Source: Octopus sinensis (Eukaryota). From it: a stretch of 64,000 nucleotides of DNA. Below are positions 51,947 to 62,715 of this stretch, one piece after another. How positions within the stretch are numbered: position 1 is the first letter of the stretch; each line of letters starts with the position of its first letter. A program made the translations under genes and the position numbers. Where the stretch lies: NCBI RefSeq assembly GCF_006345805.1, contig NC_042998.1, positions 204,476,001-204,540,000 on the forward strand, given 5' to 3'. Under the pieces are notes generated by a model. The model ran no database searches, was not told the origin of the DNA, and was given only the letters and a program-made list of their open reading frames with translations.

Positions 51947-54900
51947 TTAAAGAGAAGATGATACAGCAAGATTCTGTCGAATCAACTCAAGGCTGTGTTC
52001 TTTCTCCCGCAGAATCTCCCTCAAGCGGCGAATCCGTTCCTCCTGGGGTGTCTCCCCAGAGAGAGTCACCGATGACGTGGAGGCACTTGGAAGTTCTAGA
52101 CTGTTGTGTTTTGAAGAGCTGACATGTGAAGAATAACAAGAAGATGAGGAGGTGGAGGGGGAGGCAGGGAGCAGAGGAGAAAGGTTGGAAGGAGATGGAG
52201 TGCTGTATGAAAGGTCGTCAGTCATAGACGATGAGGATGATGTTTGAGTTTCTAAAGGAAAACCTGTTATCTTGACAGCTGCCTTTTTACCAACTGTTTT
52301 CTTTTTACAGTTCAATTTTTTACCAGACCCTGACAAGGTAAACTTGTATAATTTAGAAGAATCACTTAAATGACCAACGTCTTTTCGTGTGGAGGCTAAG
52401 TTTTTAAAAGCAACATTCTCTGGGCAAAGCCCAAATTTCTCTTCTTTGATTGATGACAGGGAAGTCTGTTGGTTGATGGGAGCTAATAACGAGACAGATG
52501 AATCAGGATTGATGTCCCCTTCGTAACCATATTTTACCGGTTCCTTTTTGATATTCTGAACAAGATTTAAGGAATCTGGTACACTAGTAGGAGGTAAAGT
52601 GATGAGAGGGTTTAATGGAAGGATGGATACAGGAGGAGGATGTTTCACTGGTTCATCGCCATAACCAGAAGTTATGGGTTCAGATTTGATATGAACCGTA
52701 TTAGGTTGCAGAGAAAGAACATTATCAATTCGCAGACCTGAAGAATTACAACTCTGATATGATTGATCAACTACAGTTCCAACAGAAGATGCCACTTTCG
52801 GTGTTACCATAGTTACATTTGGTACAACAGGTGTTGAGCAAGATGGTAACAAGCGATGGCCATTTACTGGATCGACTTTGGAAATTTCAAGAGCTGTACC
52901 GGTCGCTCGTAATACGGTAGCTAATTCCGATTTAGAATCAAAAAGTTGGATTTTATTACTCCCTTCCTTCATATAATACAGACAATTGTTATTCTCGGGA
53001 GTTGGAACATGACTTTTCATCTTCTTCGGATTATCACTGGCAACCATTCCGCTTTTTTTCTCTTTCAGAACAGATTTGGATTTCTTCCGATATTTCCTAA
53101 CTGGAGGAATGAAATCAATATCTTCTTCAAAACCAGTATGTTTTTTTGGTCTACGTATTCTTTTACCAGTAATTATAGGTGGGGCTTCCAGAGTTGGTAC
53201 CGTTTCTTTTGTAGAGCTTGGAAGTGGATCTGCAGATGGAGTAGTAATAACATCATTCAAAGACTTAGAAGCATTGTTAGTTTGGAAAACTATTTGGGAT
53301 CCATTATTAGTATTTGATACGACTGTTGGAGGTGGACCATCCTTAGTATTTACAATAAAAGATTTTGGCATTTTAACTTGCATAGAATTCTGGTTGAAAC
53401 TCTTTTCAAAAATATAGGCAGATCTGCTGGCTTTGCCACCTTGTGAAGGAATGGCCACTGTTTTATCAGACAATGGAATGAAAACATATTTACCCATAGG
53501 TAGCGAATGGGCAGCACACTGCAGCTCATCTGCAAGACGAGTGGAACTATTTCCTTGAGGTATGACAGAACCTAAAGAAGTCACTGAAGACACACTTTCC
53601 AAGGTGCTGGCAATCGATTTAGCAGACTCTTTCTTCAGATTAGGATTAGTGACAGCTGTTACCTTTGTCTGACCATTACGCCGTCGTATGTCAACAGAAA
53701 TGTACTTCGGATCCTGTTCACTTTTATCAGAACTGCTAGAATTCTTTGGTGAAGCATTTTCTTTCTGTGAATTGTTCAGCTGAGAATCGGTCATGTTGAA
53801 GTTGTTATCCAAATCTTGTTCGACATTTGGTGGTGATTTTGTTGTTAGAGTTTTCTCATGGTCAGTGCTCGGGTGTTTCGTGTGACTGGCCGAATCTATG
53901 CTGATGTCCACACTGACCTCCTCGTTTGCATTTGTCAGCTGCACAGGAGAGGTGAACGCCTCGTTGTTCATGCTGACGACAACGGTCCGTGGACTTAGCA
54001 AGGAACTCGTTGACTGCGGAGAATTGATTAAAACTCTTTGGAATTTAGATTCATTTGGGAGGTTGTCATTTTCAGCAAAGCCATCTATTTGAGGTTGTTC
54101 TACATGGAAGAAACCGGAATCTGAAGAAGATTTAACAAATTCAGAATTTTCTCCAAGTTGTGAAGCTGTAACATCATCCTCACTGGATCGCAGCTGTTCT
54201 TCAGCCAAAGAGAAAACAGAAGAGATCTTCAATCCAAACATGCCATCGTCATCAGCGTCATCAGCATTTTCTTGCGATACTTCTTTACCATCGGAATGGC
54301 ATTCTTCCATTACAGATTCAGATTGCTGTGAGAGATTTTTAACAAAATTTGTGTCACTATTACCGATGGCTTTCCCACTATTCTCAGTTTTGTCCTGGTG
54401 AACAATGTTATCAGGATGACTCTCTGTTGGTGCTAGGTTCGTCCTCTCTGCTGCTGCTGCTGCCGTTTCGTTTGTTTGTTTGCTATGGGACTGTGTTTTG
54501 TGTTTGTTTTCATTCAAGACAGAAGAAAATCTCAACAGAGATTTGCCAGAACTATTCTGTACTTCACTGGCATCCAAAATAGTTGGAACAGGCGCCGATG
54601 ATAGAGAGGAAGAAGTCGGAGGACAAAGTTTTCTGGCAGAATCTCGTGAAAACAGTTTCACAGGGTGGACTGACCCAGAATCTGCTGCTGTTTCATCTAC
54701 TGTTGCTGCTGCTGCTGGTGTTATTGCTACTGCTGCCGGTGCTGGCGGTGTTGCTGCTGTTGATGTTGGTGGTGTTGCTGCTGCTGGTGTTGTTGTTGAT
54801 GTTACTACGGCAGTGGTCAGTGTTTTAGTAGATGTCGTAGTTGTGGTGAGTGCAGTACCAGAAGTGCGCACGTTCTGATTATTCCCTGTAGAATTAACAC

Positions 54901-55580
54901 AGGTGGTTACAGGAACATCCTTTGGTCTGTCTGTTGAAGCTGGTCCAGTTTGGGAACTATTCATATCAGACTGGCTTTTGGCTGATGTTACATTGGAACC
55001 AACAGTGGTAGCTGGAAGTATTGGTGTGGTGGTTGACTTTGTTGTAGTCGTGGTCGTAGTTGCTGTTGTGGAGACTTCAGAAGGAACAAAACTTGGCAGC
55101 AACAGTTTCAACATGTTGTCCGAGATGCCATGGTTTAGAAAAGAATTGTACGTAAGAAGATTCGAAGATTTTGTGGTGGCTTTAGTTTCAGTTGTTGTTG
55201 TTTTCGTAGTGACAATTTGGTTCGGTGAGTCAGGGGACTTTTTCTGCACAACAAACACAATCTTCTTCTTTTCGTTATCACACACAATTGTCGGTTTTGC
55301 CAGAGCTATTTCTGTTTTGCCATTCACTCCTCGACAAATCAACTTTTTCATCTCACCTTCGGGTTGATTGGGATTGGTGGCTGCTAAAAGACCATTGTAT
55401 GGAAGAATGTACTTCAACTGGCCCCCAACATAAAGAGCATATGCTTTCTGGGTATTGCTAGCCGGAGGGGTACTGCCAATAGCTTTAGAGTTAGCCGTTG
55501 TCACTTTGCTGGTTGCAGTTTGGTTCGGTGTTGGTGGCGCCTTTGAAACCGCAGTCTCAGAATGCGGCACTTTTGAAACT
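51947..55580 (-). CDS. Terminal coding exon (~1210 aa) of a large S/T-rich nuclear-type protein ending in an LRIF1-like coiled coil
   Basis: A 1219-aa stop-free frame in a genome where random ORFs are short. Polypyrimidine acceptor ttttatcctttcttttccag|A GTT TCA at 55581/55580 (phase 2) and stop at 51947. Contains basic NLS-like runs (KRIRRPKKH, RKYRKKSK), IKSEP/IKKEP/IKEE motifs and C-terminal EERIRRLREILREKEHSLELIRQNL. Confidence 0.9.
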
Positions 55581-56119
55581 CTGGAAAAGAAAGGATAAAA
55601 TAACAAAATAAGTCACAATAACAAAACATTAATGATAAATAACACAAACAAAAGTTTAACTGAAAGAAATGCCACCAAACAACTCTAGACATTAACGAGG
55701 AAGCCATTAGTAGCAACAGCATCCTCAAATCACACCCTACAGCTTCAACAAGGAAGTATAGCACATCACTATCATCTTTCCATACTGGCTGCCTTAGACA
55801 AGACTTTCTGAAGCAGCATCCTACAATGAGACACACTAACCCTAACACTAGCTTTTACTGGTTTACAAATAAAGGATAAATAAAATCTTCATATGTAGAA
55901 AAGCAGAGTTGTATGATTTGAACTAATGTTACCTCTGCCCAAATGGCATAAACAAAAAAACCAAATATACACATGCGATTTCATTCATGAGGCATTGGTC
56001 AATCAGAGGTTATAGCAGAAGATACTAACCAAAGGTACCATGCAATAGGATTGAACCCAAAGCCATGAGGTTGTGAAGCAAAGTCTTTAACCACACAGCT
56101 ATGGCTGCACCTATGTACA

Positions 56120-56410
56120 TCATCATCATTGTTTAACGTCCACTTTCCATGCTAGCACGGGTTGGACGATTTTGACTGAGGACTGGCGAACCAGATGGCT
56201 GCACCAAGCTCCAATCTTGATTTGGCAGAGTTTCTACAACTGGATGCCCTTCCTAATGCCAACCACTCCGTGAGTGTAGTGGGTGCTTTTACGTGCCACC
56301 ACCACGAGGGCCAATCAGATGGTACTGGCAACGACCTCACTCGAATCTTTTTACACATGCCACTGGCACAGGTGCCAGTAAGGTGACGTTGGTAACGATC
56401 ACGCTCATTA
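56120..56410 (-). mobile_element. RTE 3' UTR fragment (intronic)
   Basis: CATCATCATTGTTTAACGTCC..CCATGCTAGCACGGGTTGGACG..GGATGCCCTTCCTAATGCCAACCACTCC. Confidence 0.8.
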
Positions 56411-56484
56411 GACATTAGATAATACGGTTATATATATATATATATATATATATGTATAGAGTGTTTGAAGTGGTGTACAGATGT

Positions 56485-56731
56485 TGGATAATTCTTTATT
56501 AGCGCTTTTATTTGTTTACCAAACGCGTCAAGACAAAATCAAAATGGTAAAAACAGAATGTCTGATTGTTCATTTATATGAATCGGATGGGTTTTTTTGT
56601 TTTGTTCAGAAAAGGAGAATATTTTAATTTTTTTGGAGAGAGAGAGAGAGAGAGAGAGCTTTCAAGACAATCAGGAAAGAGGAGAAAAAATAATAATAAT
56701 AATAAAGGATGGGGAAAGGATAGATAGATAA

Positions 56732-56773
<42 letters not shown>

Positions 56774-57306
56774 GTTTCTTTTCAATCTGGTGTGGTCAAT
56801 TCATTGAAATTTCATTTCAAAGTATTCTTTTTCTTTTCTTTTTCCATTGTATACTTATCAAGATATTTGTAAATAAACACATTTTCTCACAAGGGCTGGT
56901 GACCTTTCAGTTTCCTAAAATTTTAGGAAACTGACACCTCTGAAAGGTCACCAGCCCTTGTGAGAAAATGTGTTTATTTACAAATATCTTGATAAGTATA
57001 CAATGGGAAATGAAATAGAAAAAAAATGAAATTTCAAGGAACTGACCACACCAAATTGAAAAGAAACCTCTCTCTATCCTTTTCCCATCTTTTATTACTG
57101 TTATTTTTACTCCTTTTTCCTGATTGCCTTGAAAGCACTTTGCTTCTCTTTTTCCCCAAAAACAAATTTTTCCTCTTCAGAAAAAAAAAAAAAAAAAAAA
57201 AACATCCTGTTCATATAAATGAACAAAGAAATGATCTGTTTTTACCATTTTGATTTTGTCTTGACGAGTTCATAAATAAACAAAAGCACTAATAAAAGAT
57301 TATCCA
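56485..57306. repeat. ~820-bp imperfect palindrome, zero-spacer centre at 56920/56921
   Basis: Inner arms ~56842-56910 and ~56940-57008 are essentially perfect reverse complements. Centre TTTCCTAAAA|TTTTAGGAAA. Outer arms still match (GTCAAGACAAAATCAAAATGGTAAAAACAGA / TCTGTTTTTACCATTTTGATTTTGTCTTGAC). Confidence 0.92.
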
Positions 57307-57569
57307 GAATTCTGACTGCCTCCTTTTTCTCGAAACAGCTGTAAGAAGTAATATTTAGAATTTCATTAATTTATACTATGACTTTTAAAATCTGTATTTG
57401 TATTATTATTATTATCTTATCTATTGATTTACCTAATATTTTTGTATGCTTTTGATGTTCTCATTTGTAAAATGAATAAAATAATTCAACATTATAATAT
57501 CCATAAGTTGATGAACAAACCAAATTTGTTTCTCCAGTTTCTTATTTGTATTATATATATATATATATA

Positions 57570-58070
57570 TCACCTTCGAACGTTGGGCCTCACAGAGACA
57601 ATGACAAAAGACCGAGACCTCTGGAGGTATGCTGTGACTGAGAAAATCCAGCAAATAAAGTGAGTCCACAGCTGTAACCTACACCAGTGTCGCATAACCA
57701 ACCCACTCAAAAGTATCTTGGATCATAGGGCAACATGCTGTACTTGAGGAGACCTACTGGGTCAAGTACATCAACGTCAACATCAATATCAAATCAAATG
57801 GAAATTGTAGTTGTGACCCCCCCCCATTCTGGTAGCACGTAAAAAGCATTATCCGATCGTGGTCGATTCCAACTCATCTAGCCTCTGTGCCGGTGGCACA
57901 TAAAGAGCACCCACTACACTCTCAAAGTGTAGGAAGGGCATCCAGCTGTATAAACACTGCCAGATCAGACTGGAGCCTGGTGCAGCCTCCTGGCTTCCCA
58001 GACCCCGGTCAAACTGTCCAACCCAGGCCAGCATGGAAAATGGACGTTAAACGATGATGATGATGATATA
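57570..58070 (+). mobile_element. RTE ORF2 end (DRDLWRYAVTEK) plus 3' UTR (intronic)
   Basis: Same family tail ending GGACGTTAAACGATGATGATG. Confidence 0.8.
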
Positions 58071-58883
58071 CACTGCTGCATCCGAAATCTGCAATATCTC
58101 CATAACTACCATCTCAGCTATAACCTTGGAGCCCTAGTAATCCGTTACAGTACTTACTTAGCGTACCTAATCGTTTAGATCACCTGTGAACTAAACCCCC
58201 ATATTTTGTATATATATATATATATATACCCTACAAGCACACCCTAGATAATATGGTGGAATCACCAACATCATTTAGCATCTGATTTCCATACTTGTAT
58301 ATATATACAAGAAATTGTTTACAGTTATCACAGACTCTTCCCTCAACATTCATTATATCCACCTCCGTCACCCATTCCCCCATCTCTCACTCCTCTCAGA
58401 CACTCTTGCAACCTCAACCCACCCACAACCCCAGTTCTTCTGCCTCCGTTCACTCCTCCACACAGATGCTTCATCCCTACTGTTTGCATATCTTCCCCCA
58501 CTCCACCCTAATCTGTCACCCCCACCACCTTCCCTTCTAAAGTATGAGTAACCATTTGGCCTCTCCCCTGTAAGAAACCTGTTCTGCTCTGGCCCCTTCT
58601 ATCACACTACGACCCCTCATTTCCTAACATAAAGCCACCTTTCTTGGAAAGTCTTGCAAGCTGCTGCATGACAACCTCACTAGTGCTGGTGGCATGAAAG
58701 GAGGACCCAACACTCCCTGCAAAGTGGTTGGTATTAGGAAGGGCATCTGGCTGTAAAAACCAATTCTAAAGTACCACTGGTGTTTCCTCTGCAAACATGA
58801 ACGGGTAACGATATAATAATCATAAGGACACAACCCACCCTGGACAATCCACCCTCAAATACAAGCAATTCATAAAGACTTAC

Positions 58884-59043
58884 GCTGCATAAACTTTCTG
58901 TTTGTTTACTTTCTCAACTTTTGGTTTCCTTGGTACTCTTGGTTTGCGAACGGCTGTGGGTTTTTTAGCCACAGAATCACACCTGACAGCCATCACAGCA
59001 GCAGCAGCTTTATCAGCAGTAATAACACACCTGGAGAGTAAAT
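58884..59043 (-). CDS. Internal coding exon (DLLSRCVITADK...KPRVPRKPKVEKVNKQKVYA)
   Basis: Acceptor tttcttccag|AT TTA (phase 1) and donor GCA GC|gtaagt (phase 2). GC plus A of the terminal exon gives in-frame Ala. A second AG 13 nt downstream (59030) would change phase. Confidence 0.78.
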
Positions 59044-59365
59044 CTGGAAGAAACGGACACAAAGCAATCAGCCACCTTGATTAGTTACAACATTAATTTT
59101 TACTGATTGATTGATTTCTAACTTTGGTACACAGGAAACGTGAACGTGTGTGTGTGTGTGTGTGGGGGGGGTCTTGGCAAAATTGTACCTGGCAATTTTT
59201 TAGCAATCAAGTTTAACCAAGCAAGATTTGAACTAAGAACTTAAAGGGATGTAACAAAGTAGCAGTGATTAATTAGTCCGGCATTGTAATTAATTTTTAC
59301 TGAGAAGGGTCAGTTAAAAGAAAGGACAATATCAGCAGCCAAGTTCACCTGGTTGTAAGTAGTTA

Positions 59366-59597
59366 TTTCTTTACTGCCCACAAGGGGCTAAACACAGAGG
59401 GGACAAACAAGGACAGACAAAGGGATAAAGTCGATTACATTGACCCCAGTGCGTAACTGGTACTTAATTAATCGACCCCAAAAGGATGAAAGGCAAAGTC
59501 GACCTCGGCGGAATTTGAACTCAGAACGTAACGGCAGACGAAATACAGCTACGCATTTCGCCCGGTGTGCTAACGTTTCTGCCAGCTCGCCGCCTTT
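59366..59597 (-). mobile_element. Young tRNA SINE family C with 18-bp TSD
   Basis: TSD CCTGGTTGTAAGTAGTTA at 59348-59365 and 59598-59615. Reverse complement has GAGCTGGCAGAAACG (A box), GAGTTCAAATTCC (B box) and GAGGTCGACTTTGCCTTTCATCCT..TAAGTACCAG (Meta-SINE-like by recall). Older copies at ~23480, 24265, 24490, 27860, 28553, 28785, 36270 and 39370. Confidence 0.9.
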
Positions 59598-59867
59598 CCT
59601 GGTTGTAAGTAGTTACCCCAAGATGGTAGGTGCTGGTGCGGTAAAACTGGTGTCCTGATGACTAGCAGAGTTGAATTCCACTCATAGGAAATAATAGTGA
59701 GAGAGTGACATGTTAATCCTCTCAGCCCTGGGCCCCTGTTTCTAGCTTTACCCTTCATCTGGGCTCCTGAGCAAAAACAAAATAATAAATAGTTGCATAC
59801 ACAGCCCAAGAGTAACAATAGCAGGCAAAACTAATGGACAGAATCACAAAAAAAAACAACATTCAGG

Positions 59868-60012
59868 AGCAGTAGCTTGCTTACGAACCACATAGTTCCG
59901 GGTTTAGTCCCACTGCATGGCACCTTGGGCAAGTGTCTTCTACTATAGCCTCGGGCTGACCAAAGCCTTGTGAGTAGATTTGGTAGACAGAAACTGAAAG
60001 AAGCCCGTCGTA

Positions 60013-60067
<55 letters not shown>

Positions 60068-60288
60068 ATATGTTTGTGTGTCTGTGTTTGTTGCCCCAAC
60101 ATCGCTTGACAACGGATGCTCGTGTGTTTACGTCCCCATAACTTAGCAGTTCAGCAAAAGAGACCGATAGAATAAGTACTAGGCTTACAAAGAATAAATC
60201 CTGGGGTCGATTTGCTCGACTAAAGGTGGTGCTTCAGCATGGCCACAGTCAAACGACTGAAACAAGTAAAAGAGTAAAAAGAGTAAAT
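59868..60288 (+). mobile_element. CORE-type SINE (family A), intronic
   Basis: Family A layout with an internal (TA)n(TG)n tract. Confidence 0.85.
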
Positions 60289-60618
60289 AGGACAACTGAA
60301 TAAAAGGCTGAGCTCTCCTCATCTCCTGTATTTGTCCATCCGAATCGCTACTTTCCTCATTACTTTCACCAGTTGGATTGTCCAAATCACTCTCATTGTC
60401 TGTGTAAAGGTGAACTCTTCGTCCCAAGAATAAACATCATCAATAATTCTCTCAACTGCAAAATCATTTGTTTTTTCATTAAAAACAAAAGCAAACAACA
60501 GCGTTGGTGAGAGACACCATTAACAAGAAACCATAAAACACACTTGGTTCCAAAGCTGCTGCAATGTGGATCAGTTGTCTGTGTTTTGGTACCCGGATCG
60601 ACTGCTTGGAAGGCAACC

Positions 60619-60680
60619 GTGTAACGGTTAGCAGGATTGCCTTCCAAGCAGTCAATCCGGGTTCAACTCAGGCGATAGCT
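60619..60680 (+). pseudogene. tRNA-Gly(TCC)-derived fragment lacking a 5' acceptor strand
   Basis: GTGTAACGGTTAGCA (D arm), ATTGC-CTTCCAA-GCAGT (anticodon arm, TCC) and CCGGG-TTCAACT-CAGG (imperfect T arm). Confidence 0.7.
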
Positions 60681-61435
60681 TTTATTTTGTCCAACCCATT
60701 CTAGAATGGAAAGCGGACATTAAACGACGACGATGATAATTTTCTGTGTGTCTTTTCCATTACCACTTTACTGGGAATCTGGTAGAGATTCCGTTCATGC
60801 TATTGTTGCAAAAGCAAGGACTCAGTGCAATAGGGTTAGATGTTAGAAACTGTCTTTGGGAGGGTGGAAGGTCATGAATGGAAATGATAATTATTTTTAA
60901 TATTGGCACAAAGTGAGGAATTTTGTGTAGATGGAGAGAGTTCAATTAAATTCACACTAGAACTAGACAAGCCCCTTATTTTATTGACCTTTGAAGGTTG
61001 AAAGGCAAAGCTGACCACAGCAAGACTTGGAATGAATAAGCTCAGGACATTTTATTGAAGGCACAATACATTCAATCACCAACACAGGTTAGAAATAAGG
61101 TACTGCAGAAAGTAGCAGCAGCTACAAAGCAGGGGGTGGGAGAGAGAGAGAGAGGGGGGAGGGAGTGTGTAAAAGTTTGACTTTTAGCATCCGGATTACT
61201 CTGCCAAATGTAATGCTTATTGATTCACATTGTCATGAATTAATCCTGGATTATCTCATAGCTTTCAATTTCAACGATGTGACTGTTTATTTTAAAAATG
61301 ACATTGTAGGGTAAGTGTGAGAGGATGGATCTGGCTAGTTTCAACATAAAACAAATAGAATATTTAGGCCAGATATGGTCAGTTTCAATGATAAAGGGCT
61401 AAAGTTGGTTGGTATAACATTGACAATTGTGTGGC

Positions 61436-61625
61436 TGCTAATAACATGTAGCAGATACAGAATGGTAAAGACATTGCTAATAACATGTAGCAGATATAGA
61501 ATGGTAAAGACATTGCCAATAACATGTAGCAGATATAGAATGGTTAAAAACATTGCTAATAACATGTAGCAGATATAGAATGGTAAAAAACATTGCTAAT
61601 AACAGATATAGAATGGTAAAAACAT
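61436..61625. repeat. 39-40-bp minisatellite x5 (TGCTAATAACATGTAGCAGATATAGAATGGTAAAGACAT)
   Basis: Directly visible; last unit shortened. Confidence 0.9.
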
Positions 61626-61644
61626 CCAATAAAATGTTATGTAC

Positions 61645-61746
61645 CTGAGAAATATTTACGACGTAACTCAGATCTCTGTACATCGCTCAGTGACTCGTCT
61701 TTGAGAGCTTCTGGGAAGGTAGAATATTTCAATTCTGTCTTTGAAT
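61645..61746 (-). CDS. Internal coding exon (SKTELKYSTFPEALKDESLSDVQRSELRRKYFS)
   Basis: Acceptor ttttcctttatttccaacag| and donor TCA G|gtacat. 102 bp with only one of three frames open, and that frame is phase 1/1, joining in frame to the 59043 acceptor. Confidence 0.75.
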
Positions 61747-61979
61747 CTGTTGGAAATAAAGGAAAAAGAGAGAATGAGCAATGCTAATCAATATTATTAG
61801 ATATTAAAAACACCGAGTCCACTCTGTAAAGTGGTTGGTACTGCAAAGGGCATCCAACCATAGAAACCATTCCAAAACAGACAAAAGGAGCCTGGTGCAG
61901 CCCTCCACCCTTGCCAGCTCCAGTGAAACTGTCCAACCCAAAGCAGATATTAAACGCACGACCTTTGAACATTAGGTCT

Positions 61980-62515
61980 CACCAAGGCAATGACTAGTGT
62001 CCGAGACCTTTGGAAGTATGCTGTGCATGAGAAGACCCGGCAGGACAAATGAGACCATAACCCGTGGCCTCTACCTGGGATGTAGCCAGCCCACTTATGC
62101 ATACCTTTCCTTCTTGAGACACAAAACCCTACTTGTGAAGACCTGTTGAGGCAAGGGAAAATCAAAATCGATCAACATGAATGGAAATTGTCGCTGTGAT
62201 ACCAGTGCCAGTGGCACATAAAAGAACCATCCAAACGGGGCCGTTGCCAGCACTACCCCAACTGGCCTCTGTGCCGGTGGCACGTAAAAAGCACCAACCA
62301 ATCGTGGCTGTTGCCAGCCTCCCCTGGCACCTGTGCCAGTGGCACATAAAAAGCACCCACTACACTCTCAAAGTGGTTGGCGTTAGGAAGAGCATCCAGC
62401 TGTAGAAACACTGCCAGATCAGACTGGGCCTGATGCAGCCTCCTGGCTTCCCAGACCCCAGTCGAACCGTCCAACCCATGCTAGCAAGGAAAGCAGACGT
62501 TAAACGATGATGATT
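61980..62515 (+). mobile_element. RTE 3' UTR fragment
   Basis: GACCTTTGGAAGTATGCTGTGCATGAGAAGACCCGG through GACGTTAAACGATGATGA. Confidence 0.8.
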
Positions 62516-62642
62516 GATTTTTAATAAACCTTTCTTATCCACAGCCCCAGTAACTTTAGTCAATCTTATATAAAATAATCATCAGCGTTTCTAGTCCAGT
62601 TTTTTCATTGTTGGTTGGGTTTATGGCTTTGATGAGACTTAC

Positions 62643-62715
62643 TCAAGCATGGTTTCACAGTCAGAGAAGCCTTTCCTGTTGGCAAGCTGCTTTTTCCAAG
62701 TAAGGTATTTTGTTT
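62643..62715 (-). CDS. Candidate upstream exon (KQNTLLGKSSLPTGKASLTVKPCL)
   Basis: Perfect donor TTG A|gtaagt in phase 1, compatible with the 61746 acceptor. The acceptor (ggaattag|) has a weak pyrimidine tract, so the 5' boundary is uncertain. Confidence 0.3.

Noticed and set aside
60300-60480. Acidic coding-like stretch on the minus strand (AVERIIDDVYSWDEEF / TDNESDLDNPTGESNEESSDSD), reminiscent of a transposase N-terminus or an alternative exon
   Set aside because: The two halves are in different frames, no donor restores phase to the next exon, and no TIR or catalytic motif is visible.
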